Part shown: one piece after another, positions 1-12,400 of the stretch
Layout of the letters: every line of letters starts with the position of its first letter
Position numbering within the stretch: the first letter of the stretch is position 1
Source of the DNA: a virus
Direction: 5' to 3' (one strand)
IMG/VR virus record: IMGVR_UViG_2716884766_000001
Location: 32,001-96,000 of that record
DNA: 64,000 nucleotides
Notes under the pieces: model-generated
Told to the model about the DNA's origin: nothing
What the model saw: only the letters and a program-made list of their open reading frames with translations
Databases searched by the model: none
Position numbers and translations under genes: made by a program

Positions 1-1906
1 CATTGATTGCTCCATTAGCGATATTGTTTGATGTGACTCTTTCAATAGCAATTTGTCCTGAATTGGTGATTGAGGTAACTCTAACTTCATGAGATAAGTT
101 GTTGTTAGAGAATGCTAAGATGTCATTGATTCTTAACTGAGACACAAAGTTAGACAATGAAGCAGTTAAGGTAGCAGTTGTATTAGATGACTGACCTGAT
201 AATACGGGTGCGTTAGCAGCAACAGGTGCTTGTACATCAAGAATAAGATCAGCAGTAAAACCACTCTTATAGAATGATTTACAGTCAGTGAACTGATAGT
301 CTGTAACACCATCGTTGGCAGCATTATGAATTGTACCAATAGCTGCTGAGGGTGCTTCGTCTAAGGCAATTTGTTCATTATGAATGAATGTACCTGTAAC
401 ACCTTCAAATAGAATATTAGAAGCACTACCGTTTGTTCTAGAGTATCCAGTAGCACCTGATGACATACCAACATATTTCTTACCAGATACCATATTAACA
501 GAACCAGTTAAGATGATGTTTGTGTATAGATCAATGTCTGCTAGATTAACTTGATAAACTGTACTTGTGGTATTTCTATCCCCTGTATCAAATGAGAATC
601 CAAAGACTCTTGCTTGTCCTATAGCACCACCAGGAGCAGAACCACCACTAGAAATTTTTCTGTTTCTTAATTCGATTGTATCATATAACTGTACACCACC
701 ATATAGATTAGTAATTCTTACAAAGTTACCAAAGTCAGATGATATAGATTGTGAATCAGCAGCAGCAAATGTTCTTGGTTTGACTACATCTTTAAATGTG
801 TTAGCTAACTTCTCTGTTCTATAACCTGAAACGTATGCTGTACCTGGTGAGATCTGAACTGCTAGATGCTCCTCTACAGGAACGTTGCCATCTTGTGTAA
901 TTTGATCAGCAGTATATACACCATTATTAAATGCGTCGTTTAGATTCTCTCTTACATCTATACTAAATCTCTTGACATAGTAGTCACCAGACTCTTCTTT
1001 AGTTCTAGTTGCTAGTACATCATTAATAAATCCTAGATCACTACGTTCTACCTTGTTTTCAATAGCACCAATATTGGTACGTAGTAACTCGATAAAGTCA
1101 GCAGAGTTAGGGTCTGCTAAGTTCTTTTTAACCAGAGATAGATTGATTTTAAATCTATCAGCACCTGGTGCTGAGAAGTTTGTACTACCTATCGCATTAT
1201 CATACAGAGTAGCATCTTCGTCAGCAGTTATAATTCTTTCTTCTACCTTTAGACCAACCTTGTATGATGGAGTATTAGAATACTGATCTAATACAAGTGT
1301 TTGTTCTTGTACAGGTACAAAATATCCACGAACAAAATATACACCTTTACCTACGTTAGCAGTAGACCCTGTTGCTGTACTATTAGAGTTAAGTAACTGA
1401 GCAAGAGGTGTACCAGCTACGATAGTAGATGTACTGTAAGTTATATCTTCTTCACAAGTTAATATTTCGCCAGCTTGGAATACACTGGTTGAGTTGTCAT
1501 CTGCTTTTGTTAGATATGTCAAATAAAATGACACATATCCACGAGTAGATTGTGTAGCACTAATAGAGAAATTGACTCTAGCACGGATGTTTGAAGTGGC
1601 ACCCTTCACAACCTTGCCATTAAGTGCTTCTCTGTATAATTCTACAGGTAAGTTAAGATAATTATTTTGAACTAATACTACTGGATAATTTCTATTCAGC
1701 GTGATACCGCCAGGTACCACCATACTACCTTCCTTGTAGACACCTTGACCAAATGTATCAATTTGGTTTTGTAAAAGTGACTGGAGGGTAGTAAGTTCTC
1801 TTGCCTGTACTGGAAAGCCAGGTTTAAATAATACTTTTAGAAATCCCTTATCATCATCGAAATCGTCGAAATAAGGAGATATATTCAGGTTAGTATTCTG
1901 TGCCAT
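1..1906 (-). CDS. Large virion structural protein, VrlC/DUF4815-like (5' part; continues past the window start)
   Basis: Not in the ORF track. ATG at 1906 overlaps the gp8 stop (TAATG) and reads MAQNTNLNISPYFDDFDDDKGFLKVLFKPGFPVQARELTTLQSLLQNQI, the typical N-terminus of this family. Lies downstream of gp8. Confidence 0.8.
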   Translation of the reverse strand, partial: MAQNTNLNISPYFDDFDDDKGFLKVLFKPGFPVQARELTTLQSLLQNQIDTFGQGVYKEGSMVVPGGITLNRNYPVVLVQNNYLNLPVELYREALNGKVVKGATSNIRARVNFSISATQSTRGYVSFYLTYLTKADDNSTSVFQAGEILTCEEDITYSTSTIVAGTPLAQLLNSNSTATGSTANVGKGVYFVRGYFVPVQEQTLVLDQYSNTPSYKVGLKVEERIITADEDATLYDNAIGSTNFSAPGADRFKINLSLVKKNLADPNSADFIELLRTNIGAIENKVERSDLGFINDVLATRTKEESGDYYVKRFSIDVRENLNDAFNNGVYTADQITQDGNVPVEEHLAVQISPGTAYVSGYRTEKLANTFKDVVKPRTFAAADSQSISSDFGNFVRITNLYGGVQLYDTIELRNRKISSGGSAPGGAIGQARVFGFSFDTGDRNTTSTVYQVNLADIDLYTNIILTGSVNMVSGKKYVGMSSGATGYSRTNGSASNILFEGVTGTFIHNEQIALDEAPSAAIGTIHNAANDGVTDYQFTDCKSFYKSGFTADLILDVQAPVAANAPVLSGQSSNTTATLTASLSNFVSQLRINDILAFSNNNLSHEVRVTSITNSGQIAIERVTSNNIANGAIN

Positions 1907-3429
1907 TAGAATTCAATTACTACTTTGAGCTCTTCGTTTTGATCCGCAGATCTTGTTATTGGGTTCCTATTGTCTATGTAGAGGATTTCTCCAGAGTTGA
2001 TTTCAACTTCCCCGTTAGCATATCCTTCGATAAATGACAGTCCTAATTCATAGACAGAAACACCGATAGTGATTTGAGTCAAAGGTACTGAAGATGTACC
2101 AAAGTTCGCATCAGGTGTAGCAGTTACAATATCAGAAGATGTAATTTCATAATTACCCGCAAATTCTACGACGTTACCAGAGGTGACACCATCATTTGAA
2201 TCTTGATAGTATCTCATCACTTTAGTTGTAGAGTCATAAGAAACAACGTATCCTTTCGCACCTGTTGTGGTTTGAGTGATAGTTGTGCCAGGTGAAAATG
2301 TTCCACTAGGTGTACCAGTTCCAGACTGAGGGAAGATCAATGCTTTTACAGCAGACCTTGTGTTCTGATCTGAAATAGAGGTTGTATTATAATCAAATGG
2401 ATTAAGAACCAGACCAACTCTACGGAATGTAAGGTCAGTTGGGAAATCTACAAATGCTGTTGATGTTTCTAGTTTAGAAGCAAACATGAGACGGTAAGCA
2501 CCTATCTCTCTTGTAGCATCTGAACCATGTCCACCGTTAGGAGGAATGATGATATCGAGAACAGCACCCGATCCACCAGAACCGATGTTAGGAATCAATC
2601 CTACATCTATTGTTGCGAAACTATAGTTAGAACCTGAGTTAGTAACAGTAACGTTAACAACAGATCCAGACTCTACAGTCACAGAACAAAAACCTTGAGT
2701 ACCACCATTTATTTGCCAGTCACCACGAATAGGTACGTTGGTGTAGGTATCATTATTATATCCTTGACCTTGATTCTCGATAACAACTGTATCAATAGAA
2801 CCAGGTCCAGCAGCAGCCTGTACTAAACTATTCTCAAGTACAGGTATAAACTCTGTAGTAACAAATTTTAGAATATTATCAGCATCAATAGTATACATAT
2901 ACTTCCAACGATACTTGTACTCAGATGAGTCGTTGGTTTCAATAACTGTTGTTGATGTTCCTGTTGGTTCAACCAGTGAAGGTCTACCTCTAGGATATGT
3001 GGGAGACTGACCGTTGTACAAACACTTGTACACGTTGAAGTCAGAGTTCATCACATAAAAGTTTGAGTCATATAAACGAGTAGCACCATTAGCAGTAGTT
3101 TTAGCAGGACTATAGTCAGGTTTGTACATGGAATATGTACGACCAGTTCCACCAGTAGTCTCTGTCGGGTCTATCCAATCTACTCTAGGTACAACGAGAG
3201 AGGTATCAGTAATGTCTACTCTCTTAAACGCAACTGAATCTGCATATGCTAAACGATGATAGGTGAAACTATCAATAGGCTCGTTAGTAGGTGGAGAATC
3301 AGGTGAACCCCATTCTTTAGCACGTCCAACAAACAAATACACTTTATTTGCGTCCGAGCCAGTACTACCGAGAGTGTTGCGAAACGCTTCGGCTGCGTAA
3401 ATTCTAAATTTATCGGTTACAAGTGCCAT
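1906..3429 (-). CDS. gp8: Baseplate wedge subunit gp8
   Basis: Motifs YLFVGR..W, VVPRVDW, FYVMNSDFNVYKCLYN, WKYMYTI and C-terminal ILYIDNR.PITRS.DQ.EELKVVIEF; gp6-gp7-gp8 order. Confidence 0.9.
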   Translation of the reverse strand: MALVTDKFRIYAAEAFRNTLGSTGSDANKVYLFVGRAKEWGSPDSPPTNEPIDSFTYHRLAYADSVAFKRVDITDTSLVVPRVDWIDPTETTGGTGRTYSMYKPDYSPAKTTANGATRLYDSNFYVMNSDFNVYKCLYNGQSPTYPRGRPSLVEPTGTSTTVIETNDSSEYKYRWKYMYTIDADNILKFVTTEFIPVLENSLVQAAAGPGSIDTVVIENQGQGYNNDTYTNVPIRGDWQINGGTQGFCSVTVESGSVVNVTVTNSGSNYSFATIDVGLIPNIGSGGSGAVLDIIIPPNGGHGSDATREIGAYRLMFASKLETSTAFVDFPTDLTFRRVGLVLNPFDYNTTSISDQNTRSAVKALIFPQSGTGTPSGTFSPGTTITQTTTGAKGYVVSYDSTTKVMRYYQDSNDGVTSGNVVEFAGNYEITSSDIVTATPDANFGTSSVPLTQITIGVSVYELGLSFIEGYANGEVEINSGEILYIDNRNPITRSADQNEELKVVIEF

Positions 3430-3449
3430 TAGTATAGGGCTTTATAGGT

Positions 3450-3457
3450 TATTTATA
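3450..3457 (-). promoter_or_regulatory. T4-type late promoter TATAAATA upstream of gp8
   Basis: Exact TATAAATA on the minus strand ~20 nt before the gp8 ATG, overlapping the gp7 stop. Confidence 0.75.
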
Positions 3458-6400
3458 CTGTATAAACACGGATAGTTGGAAGGATCTCCATTGTACCCGT
3501 TGCTGTCAAAGATACTGGTAAAGATATGCTGAACGCAGTGTCACTCGCACGAGTAATCTTATACGTTCCATTTAATGATCCTGTAGGCCAATTTCCAATA
3601 GCAGATGTAAATCTGATGAATCTCTCCATACCAGTTTGGAGATTATGATTAGAACCCATTGTGATCACACAGTTAGTTCCACTACTATTGAAGTTTCCAG
3701 ATTCAGGTCCGTTAGCGTAACCAAATCCAAGAGCAGTTCCTGTATTTTTGAATCCTCTACCGTTTGTAGTAACAGTAAATGTCTCTGCTGCGTAATCTAC
3801 AGAACCATATAAGATTCTTTCACAACCCCATGTTGATGTTGAGGCATTCCAGAAAGGAATTAACAACTCACCGTTAGTTGGGAATCCAACTCCATTATTA
3901 TAGTATGCGTCAAGAACAGGAATAGTAGCAGTCTGCTGACCGATAGCACCAGTTAATTGTGTGGTGTATAGGAATGTACCATTAGATACTGCTCTGTCTC
4001 TCTGTGTCCTCTCTAAAGCGATTGGATGATATGGTGTGACAGAAGGAGGAGTATTGTAATTAGAACCACCTTTTAGGTTCTTGATGCCAATAACTCTACC
4101 ACTACCTTGCTCAATAATAGTCTCAGCAAATGCTCCAGATCCACCGCCACCACTAAAGATTAGGAATGGGGCAACCTCATAGTTAGATCCAGAATCAATT
4201 ATATTGACTTGTACAACAACACCGTTAACTACAACAGATTGGAATATAGCAACATTCGGTTTTAGACCTGTATACTCATATGTATCTAAGGAGGAAGAAC
4301 TAGCAATAGTAGCAAGTCTTCTGATGTCTCCTTCTGACTGTACCTGTAGTAAGTCGCCAGGATCAAGAGCAGAATATGTATCCTCAATTACAATATCAAG
4401 ATCAGAACCAGTGTAGATGTATATTAATACTTCACTACCAGCTCTAGGTGCTTCACTAAACTCAAGAATAGAACCATCCAATGTGTATGATACTTCAGGT
4501 TCCTGATAAACACCGTTCAAGAACATGATAAGGTTGTTAGCAGGGATAACCTGAGTAGAATCAGATTCTAGTGAGAATGGTTGGTCATTCTTCTTAAGTA
4601 TGAATGTCTTCTTCGTACCGTTCATGAATGGTGCGATAGAGTCCATATCTTGTAACTGTCCCACATAGAAACAGTAGAAGTCCATATTACCCTTTGGTGC
4701 TTCAGTAAAGTTAATTGTAGAAGGTGTGCCAGAGTAACTATATGCTGTACCTAACTCCTGTATGTGTGAGTTCAAGAATAATAGGAACCTGTCGTTAGCA
4801 GGAAGTGTATATCCTGATCCACCTACAGTAGCAGCAAAACCAGTTGTTGTTCCGTTGAATGTAACTGTCTCTACTTCAACTTGGAATGAGTTACCCACTG
4901 TACCACCTACGTCAGCAGCATCTACACCAAGTACGTCTGTGTTCTTATATCCGTCTCCACCACTGACTAAGCTTACACCTGTAACAGCACCTGTAGTTCT
5001 TGCTATAGGAGCACTGAGTGTACCAGCTGCTGTAGAAGCACTACCACCTGTGAGAGATAAGGTAGGTGTAGAAGCATATCCTACTCCTGTCTCTTGTACG
5101 ACTATTCTTTCTAAATGTCTACCTACAATAGCAGCTGCGGTAGCAGTTGTAGTTATTGTGTCGGCAGGATTCGCAATAATCTCAATAGTGACATCGTTAT
5201 ATCCAAATCCACCTTCATCAACTGTAATACCAGTGAGAGCCCCACCAGACACAGTAGCGGTAGCAGCAGCATTAAACCCAGTCTTTGATGTAATCTTAAC
5301 TGTTGGTACATTAGTATATCCGACTCCTCCGACGATAATTCCGATTGATTTGACATAACCTCTTTCTGCTAATACTGGTACATAGGATCCTGCTGTTGTT
5401 GGAGATCCACCAGAGATCTGAACTGTAGGAGCTGTCTCATATCCATCACCATGATTACCAACTGTTCTAGTTATACCAGAGAAGTTACCTTGGTTCAAAG
5501 CTGTATATGCTAGATCCATCAAGGTATCAACAGTTGCTTGTACAGCAGTACACGCTTCTCTAACTCCATAACCTTGCTTCACAGCATTAGGAGTAGCACT
5601 CAAGAATGTATGTGTATAGTTTCCACCAATAGTAAGAGCATTGGTTAGAGATGATGAGTATACATGTGTTGAAGCATTAGTAGCAGCAATACCAACGTTA
5701 ACTGTAATCCTGTCAATAGAAGATCTTACAATACTTAATGGTTGATCATATGCCTGATCCTTCTTCTGTTTCAATCCATTTGATGTAGCAGATACGAAAG
5801 CATGTGTTGTTGTGTTTGTAGAAGGTATAAAGTCTAATACTCTAACTTTAAATGTATCTGTGGTTACATTTCTAATCCTTAACCATTTGCCACTCACAGG
5901 GTCTGTAGAACGTGGATATGTATGGTTACTACCATTACCATCCTCAGCACAAGTAAAGGTCAATGAGTCATCGTCAAACTTAACGTAGTCACCCTTTCTC
6001 ATAGAGTGCCCAACTACAGTAACTACCATGTCACCGTCAGCAGGAGTGTATACAGCGTTGGTGACTGTGTGGTTGACTATATCTGTTCTTGGATATGAGT
6101 GAGTAGAACTGCTACTTCCTGCTATACCAACGTCAACTGTAATAGTTGTTGCTGATACTGCTGTGATTGCTTCAGCAACACCTGATGATGGGTCGCTAGC
6201 CCTAGGGTATGCATGATTAGTTGCGTGATTATCAGCAGCACAAGTAAATGTAACTGAATTATCAGCAAAGGTTACTGTGTTAGATGTGGTCAAACTATGT
6301 GTACCTATCTCAACTTCCATAAGACCTGTGAGTGGATCATAGGTTGTACCTGTCGCTGCTGTGAATGTTCCTGACGCTCCATTACCCGCTGTGATACCGT

Positions 6401-9400
6401 TTGTAGTACCAGATACGAATGTGTGAGTTCCAACTGCAGCATCACAAGTAAATGTGATACCACCATCAGAGATCTTAAGAGTTGTGCCTCTAACATGTAG
6501 ATTATATGCTACTGCTGCCTTGAATATGTGATCAGTTGTGTTAGTAGATGGAGCTGTGTTTAATACTTGTACTTTAAATGTATTTCTAGTTACATCTGTA
6601 ATAGGTTGCCATAGTTCACTGATAGGATCACTGCCTCTAGGATAAGCATGGTCACTAGCATGACTATCTTCCTGACATGTGAAGATAAGTGAGTTGTCAT
6701 CTATGATAATCTCATCTGTAGGTGTCAAACCATGATTCTCACAAGTTACAGTCATGATACCTGTAGTAGGATTATAGTCAGCACTGTCTATGCTGAGTGT
6801 TCTTTCAGATCTTAGTCCATGAGGTATAACAACAGCACCAGTAACAGCAGTTTGGAAGGTATGAGTATGTCCACCACCACTCTGTACAGCATCATTAGCA
6901 ACATAACCTGGTTTCCATCTGTGAGTAGATGTATTAGTAGATGGTGTAGAACTTAATGACTGGATAGTTATAGATGTGTCTGTAACAGCAGTAATTGTTA
7001 GAGCAGCTCCACTAGCAGGGTCACTAGGTCTTGGATATGAGTGGTCTGTCTGATAGAAGTCCATCAAACACTGATATACAAGAGAGTTATCTGTAATTGT
7101 AATAGCATCACCAACCTTGAGGATGTGATTGCCGATAGTTAACTCAACAAGACCTGTAACTGGATCGTAGTTTGAACCTGTGACAGTATGATTGACTAAA
7201 GGACTAGGTCCTACGTTAACTGTGATTGTATTATTTGTCTTCGCAATAATCTTAAGTGCTTTATCATAGAATGGATCTTTTCCAAATCTAGGATACATCT
7301 TAGTAGCATTGTTACCGTCCATTGAGCATTTGAATCCCAATGACTCAGGTCTGAACATAATCTCTTCACCTATCTCCATGCTGTGTGAACCAATGTTCAC
7401 TGTCATAGAACCTGTATTAGCATTATAGGTAGCAGCAGATACATTGAACTGTGTGTTATAGACTTCCATGTCCATATCACCAGTAGCAGGGTCATAGGTG
7501 GCATCTGTAATCTGATAGTTTACAGTAGGAGACTCTCCGACATACAATGTGATCGTAGTTCCTGTCTTAGAAAGGATAGGAAGTGACTTACGGTATGCCC
7601 AGTCTGTAGATCTAGGATATTTGTGATGTGTAACACTACCATCTTGAGCACACTTGAATGTCAATGACATATCATCAAGTTTAACTCTTGTTCCTACCTC
7701 TAGACTATGAGATCCTATTGTTATCTCTACTTGTCCTGATGTGGCAGTGTATACAGCGTTAGTTACGTTGTACTGAGTAGCATCAGTGCTCTGATATGCT
7801 GTAATTGTAGGATCTTTATACTGTGACTTGTCTGTAAGGTTAAGATGTGAGTATGTCTCGAATGATTCCTGTTGTATTGCCTTCAATACCATCTGACGTG
7901 CTTCTTCAAACACATAAAGTGTCTCTGCCTCTTCTCCTGCCACATGACTTCCTACGAAATACATGTTCAGTGTGTCATATAGAGTATGGTTACCACCATA
8001 TGCCACGTTAGTAGCAACTGCGTTCAATACATCTCTTGTATCAGACTTACATTGTCCATCACCCAAGCCAGGTGCGTTAAATCCAGTAGGAGCAGTCCTC
8101 GTAAAGGCACTCATAGTGTTAGTATCTACTGCTACCTCGACAATATTCATTAAAGTGTGTATTGTTGCTCTAGCACTAGCACATTGATTATCAGACCTAG
8201 TAATACCACCATCATACTTCTGTATCTCACCGTGATCACCAACTACAGTCACCGCTTCGTTAGCAATAACCTGTCTGGCTATCTTGTCAGCCTCACGGAA
8301 GGCATAAATCGTATGAATCTCTTCACCTGCTACATGAGCACCATCAACATAGTACTTGGCAGCATCGTATACCTCACTATTACCACCAAACTTAGCATTG
8401 ATAGCAACTGCCTCTAATACATCTCTTACATCATCAACACAGTCCTCATCATTGCCTGTTGGTTCTACAAATAGAGTTGGTTCTGTCTTATTGACATGGA
8501 TCATCAAGTCAGTATTGATAGCAGTAACAACAATATCAACAAACGTACTGATAGCGGACTTAGCACTAGCACAGCCGTCGTATATGTAAGTAACGTCTTC
8601 AAAGTATTGTTCATAACCATGATCTCCTGCGATTGATACTGTCTCATTCAAGATTACCTTGTCCATCAGACCTTTCATCTGATTAACAGCTGCTATTGTC
8701 TGCTGTTCTTCACCTTGTATTACACTACCAGAACTATATGCTGATGTGTAGTAGAAGGAAGCATCATATACCTTATTATTAGCACCAAATAGTAAGTTGA
8801 AAGCAATCGCTTCCAATATATCCATCAAGTCATCTCTACAGTCTTGTTCTGTGTATCCCTGAGCATGTGTATAACCAGGATAGTCAATAGTCTTGAATAG
8901 GTAGTATGCTTCCCAGACAATAAAGTCTTTGTTTGCCATAATCAAGTTATAGGCATCAAAGTGTCTCTTGTTAGCAATAGTATATGGTATATCAGCATGC
9001 ATCCTATCCACTGCTTCTCTAGCAATGAAGTCCTTATTCATTAAGATAAGGTTAGCTGCGTCTGCTACCTTGTTATCTACAGGTGTACCATACTTATTCA
9101 TCAGTCCCACAGCAATGTCTGCTATGACTCCTGCGTTGTTGTCAATCAGTGTTCTAGCATCAGCATATTTGTTATCGGTGACAAAAGTAGCACTATCGAG
9201 GACATTTGTTACAACTATGTTACCAGTTGCCCCCGATCCGTCTGATAATTTGTTAGTGAATGGAACGTTGTTGTATGTACCCGCAGTATAGCCTGTACCT
9301 TGATATACTCCATCAGTTGTATTCAGGGCGGTGATAACATCACCAAACTGATCTAACTGGAAGTTTCCAGATATATCAGATCTCTTGAAGTACATTATGA

Positions 9401-12400
9401 TAACTGATGAGTTCCTCATTGGAGGTTCTAAGAATGTTATCGTACTGCCTGAAAGAGTGTATGATGTAGGGTTCTGTACAATACCGTTGATAGTAACCAT
9501 CAACTGATTCTTATTTGTAGGTACAGTTGCTGTACCTCTAGTTCTTAACTGGAAGTTTCTATTAACATCATCAAATTCTACAGTTAGTTGATGCTGTGAG
9601 TCTGTTGATAGTGCTGTAATGTCTACAGTAGTATCAGCAACACCAACATTGATTGTTACATCATTACCAACTACATTAGTGATTGCTAGTGGTGTGTTGT
9701 AGGCAGGGTCTGTTGAACGTGGATAAGCATGAGTAGTAGCATGGTTATCTCCCGCACAAGTAAAGGTAAAGGCACCTAATCCTAATGTAATTGTATGACT
9801 GGTAGTCATTGTATTACTAGAAACTGTAAATGTTAGGTCACCTGTTACGGGGTTGTATGTCGCAGCAGAAGGTGTGCCAGTAAATCCATTACTACCTGTG
9901 ATTGGTAAGGCACTTACAAATGTATGAACAGATCCACCTGTTGTGGTAGATAGTTTAAAGTTATCATCATCTACACGAGTGACATAGTACGTACCTACTG
10001 GTAAACCACCTAGAGTTATACCTTCTCTAACATAAGGATAGTTACCTACATTCTGAGTTGGAATGTTGCCTGGATTGTCAATCGCATCCCAAACAATTTG
10101 AGCTAACACAGTTATAGCAGATTGTACATCAGCACATCCACCAGGATCTTGTGTGATTGTGACATCAGTGAATGGTAATAGGTTTTGAATTGCTTGTATG
10201 GCTAAGTCTCTAGCATACTGTATAGCAGCTATAGTCTCAACTGTCTCACCAACGATATAGTCTATAGCACCACCAACAACATAAGACTCAGCAGCATCTA
10301 CAGAGAATTTGTTACCACCATAGCGTAAATCATTACACCATGCGATAACTATAAGTCTTAGGTCTCTAGCACATGTGTCTGCGTTGTAATCTGGTTTAGT
10401 ACCATCAGTTAAGTTAGGATAACTCTGCTCTAACCATGTAATAGTAGTAGCAATGATATAATCTAAGTTGCCTAGTATTAAATTACGGGCATCTTGGAAT
10501 CTATCACCTTGTACAAGGTAAGATACTCTCTGATTTGATATTAGTCCGTGGTTGGCAAATGTAATCTGCTCATTTGATATATCTACGACATTACTATCTG
10601 TACCATTGAAGGTAATAGTCCTCTCATTGATAGGATCCATCTTATCAACAACAGCAGATAATATCTTTCTAACGTCAAGTAACTGTTTACCAACAACCTG
10701 AATGTTAGTTGGAACTGTTGCTGTGTAATCTGGTTTACCAAGTACAAAGTTCTCGATACGAGCTAACTTACCTGTGTTAGACGCGGATGGTTTAGGTACA
10801 AAGAAGGTTGTGCCATTAAATGACTTATTCTCATCACCAAATCTTTGTTCCCACCAGTCATTAGGATCTGGATTAGCACCATTGTAATATGATCTACGTT
10901 GATATCTCTTAAAGGCTGATTGTGATACGACCTGTGTACCTAATACCCTGAAACCAGCTGGGTGAGCAGAATTCTTAAATTGGTTCTTCCAGTCCCGTAC
11001 GTTGATTGGCGAGTTGACCACGTATGAGAACTCTTGGTATCTGTCACTATCGTATAGACGCTGATCGTTAAGATCAAGTATACCAGTAGTACGCTTAAAC
11101 TCAGCAGTAGCAGTGGCAATAGGTGATACAGTAAAGTTAGCGACTGATCTGTCAAAGTCATGTATTTCTCCAAAGGCATTAGACTGTAAACCGAAGACTG
11201 GTTGGTTAAGAGCAAACTCTCCTACCTCTACTTCAACAGATAGGACTCTACCTTTAGAATCCCATGCTTTTACTATACCCTGAGCAGAGAATGAAGCTAC
11301 AGATGAACCTTGATATACTTTCTCACCGATAGCAAATGACGCAGGAGTCATTGATACAGTAATCTGATCTCCTAAGTCTGTGGTTGTTAGGTTAAAGGTT
11401 GCTGTTCCTCCACTACCAATAGAAGGTTGACCTGTTATTGTTATTGATGATCCTGCCAAAGCATTTGCTAGTGTTGTTGCCATCTTGAGCTGGTTACTAG
11501 CAAGACCATTAGCAAGTGAAGGTGCTATAGCATAATATGTGACATTTGCTTGAAGAGGAGCTGGTAATGTACCATCTATCTCTAATAATTGTACTTTTGT
11601 ACCTAAAGGTATCTTAGTATCGTATGGGAAGTTAAGTGTACTGTTAGATTGTAGAGGAACGAATGAGTGAGTAATTCTTGCTTGTACAGCAGGAGTAGAT
11701 GAGTAACCTCTACCTGCATTTGCTATTGTAATTGCCTGAATAACTTCGTTGTCAATAATAGCATCCATAACGGCACCGCTTCCACCTCCACCAATGAGTT
11801 CGATGGTTGGTTTGGTAACGAAGGATCCACCACCGTTTGTAACAGTGAAGAAGTCAACGATTTGAGTTCGTGTGAGCTGTAAATTATAGTTTGTATTAAC
11901 GCTTGGTTTGAGGGTTCTATCATGACTGTAATTGTACGTGATATTGTCTCCACCAAGACTGATGATCTTACCTAGATCACTAGACTTGAGTAGTATGGAA
12001 GCACCATTTCCTGTACCCTGCTTAACTGTAATAATAGGAGGATTTTGGAATCTAGTTCCTGCGTTTTCAATAACAATAGAACTTACAGTCTCATCTATGA
12101 TCTCAGCACGTAGTACAGCATCTATACCTGTACCACCAGAGATCTGAACTTCAGGAGCAGATAAGAAACCTGATCCAGAGTTAGATACAATAACCTGATC
12201 AATAGAAGCATCTATAGTTGTACCTGTGACTGCCTTACGAACAAAGTCAAGTGAGTCAACTCTAAGAACAAAGTCATCTGCTGAACTACCACCTGTAATA
12301 TCCTCACCACGAATAGTAATAAGGTCACCTAGTGAATAGTTTGCTCCACCCGCTAATACATTAGCAGTTGTTACGTCTTGATTGGACGCAGAAATGATAA

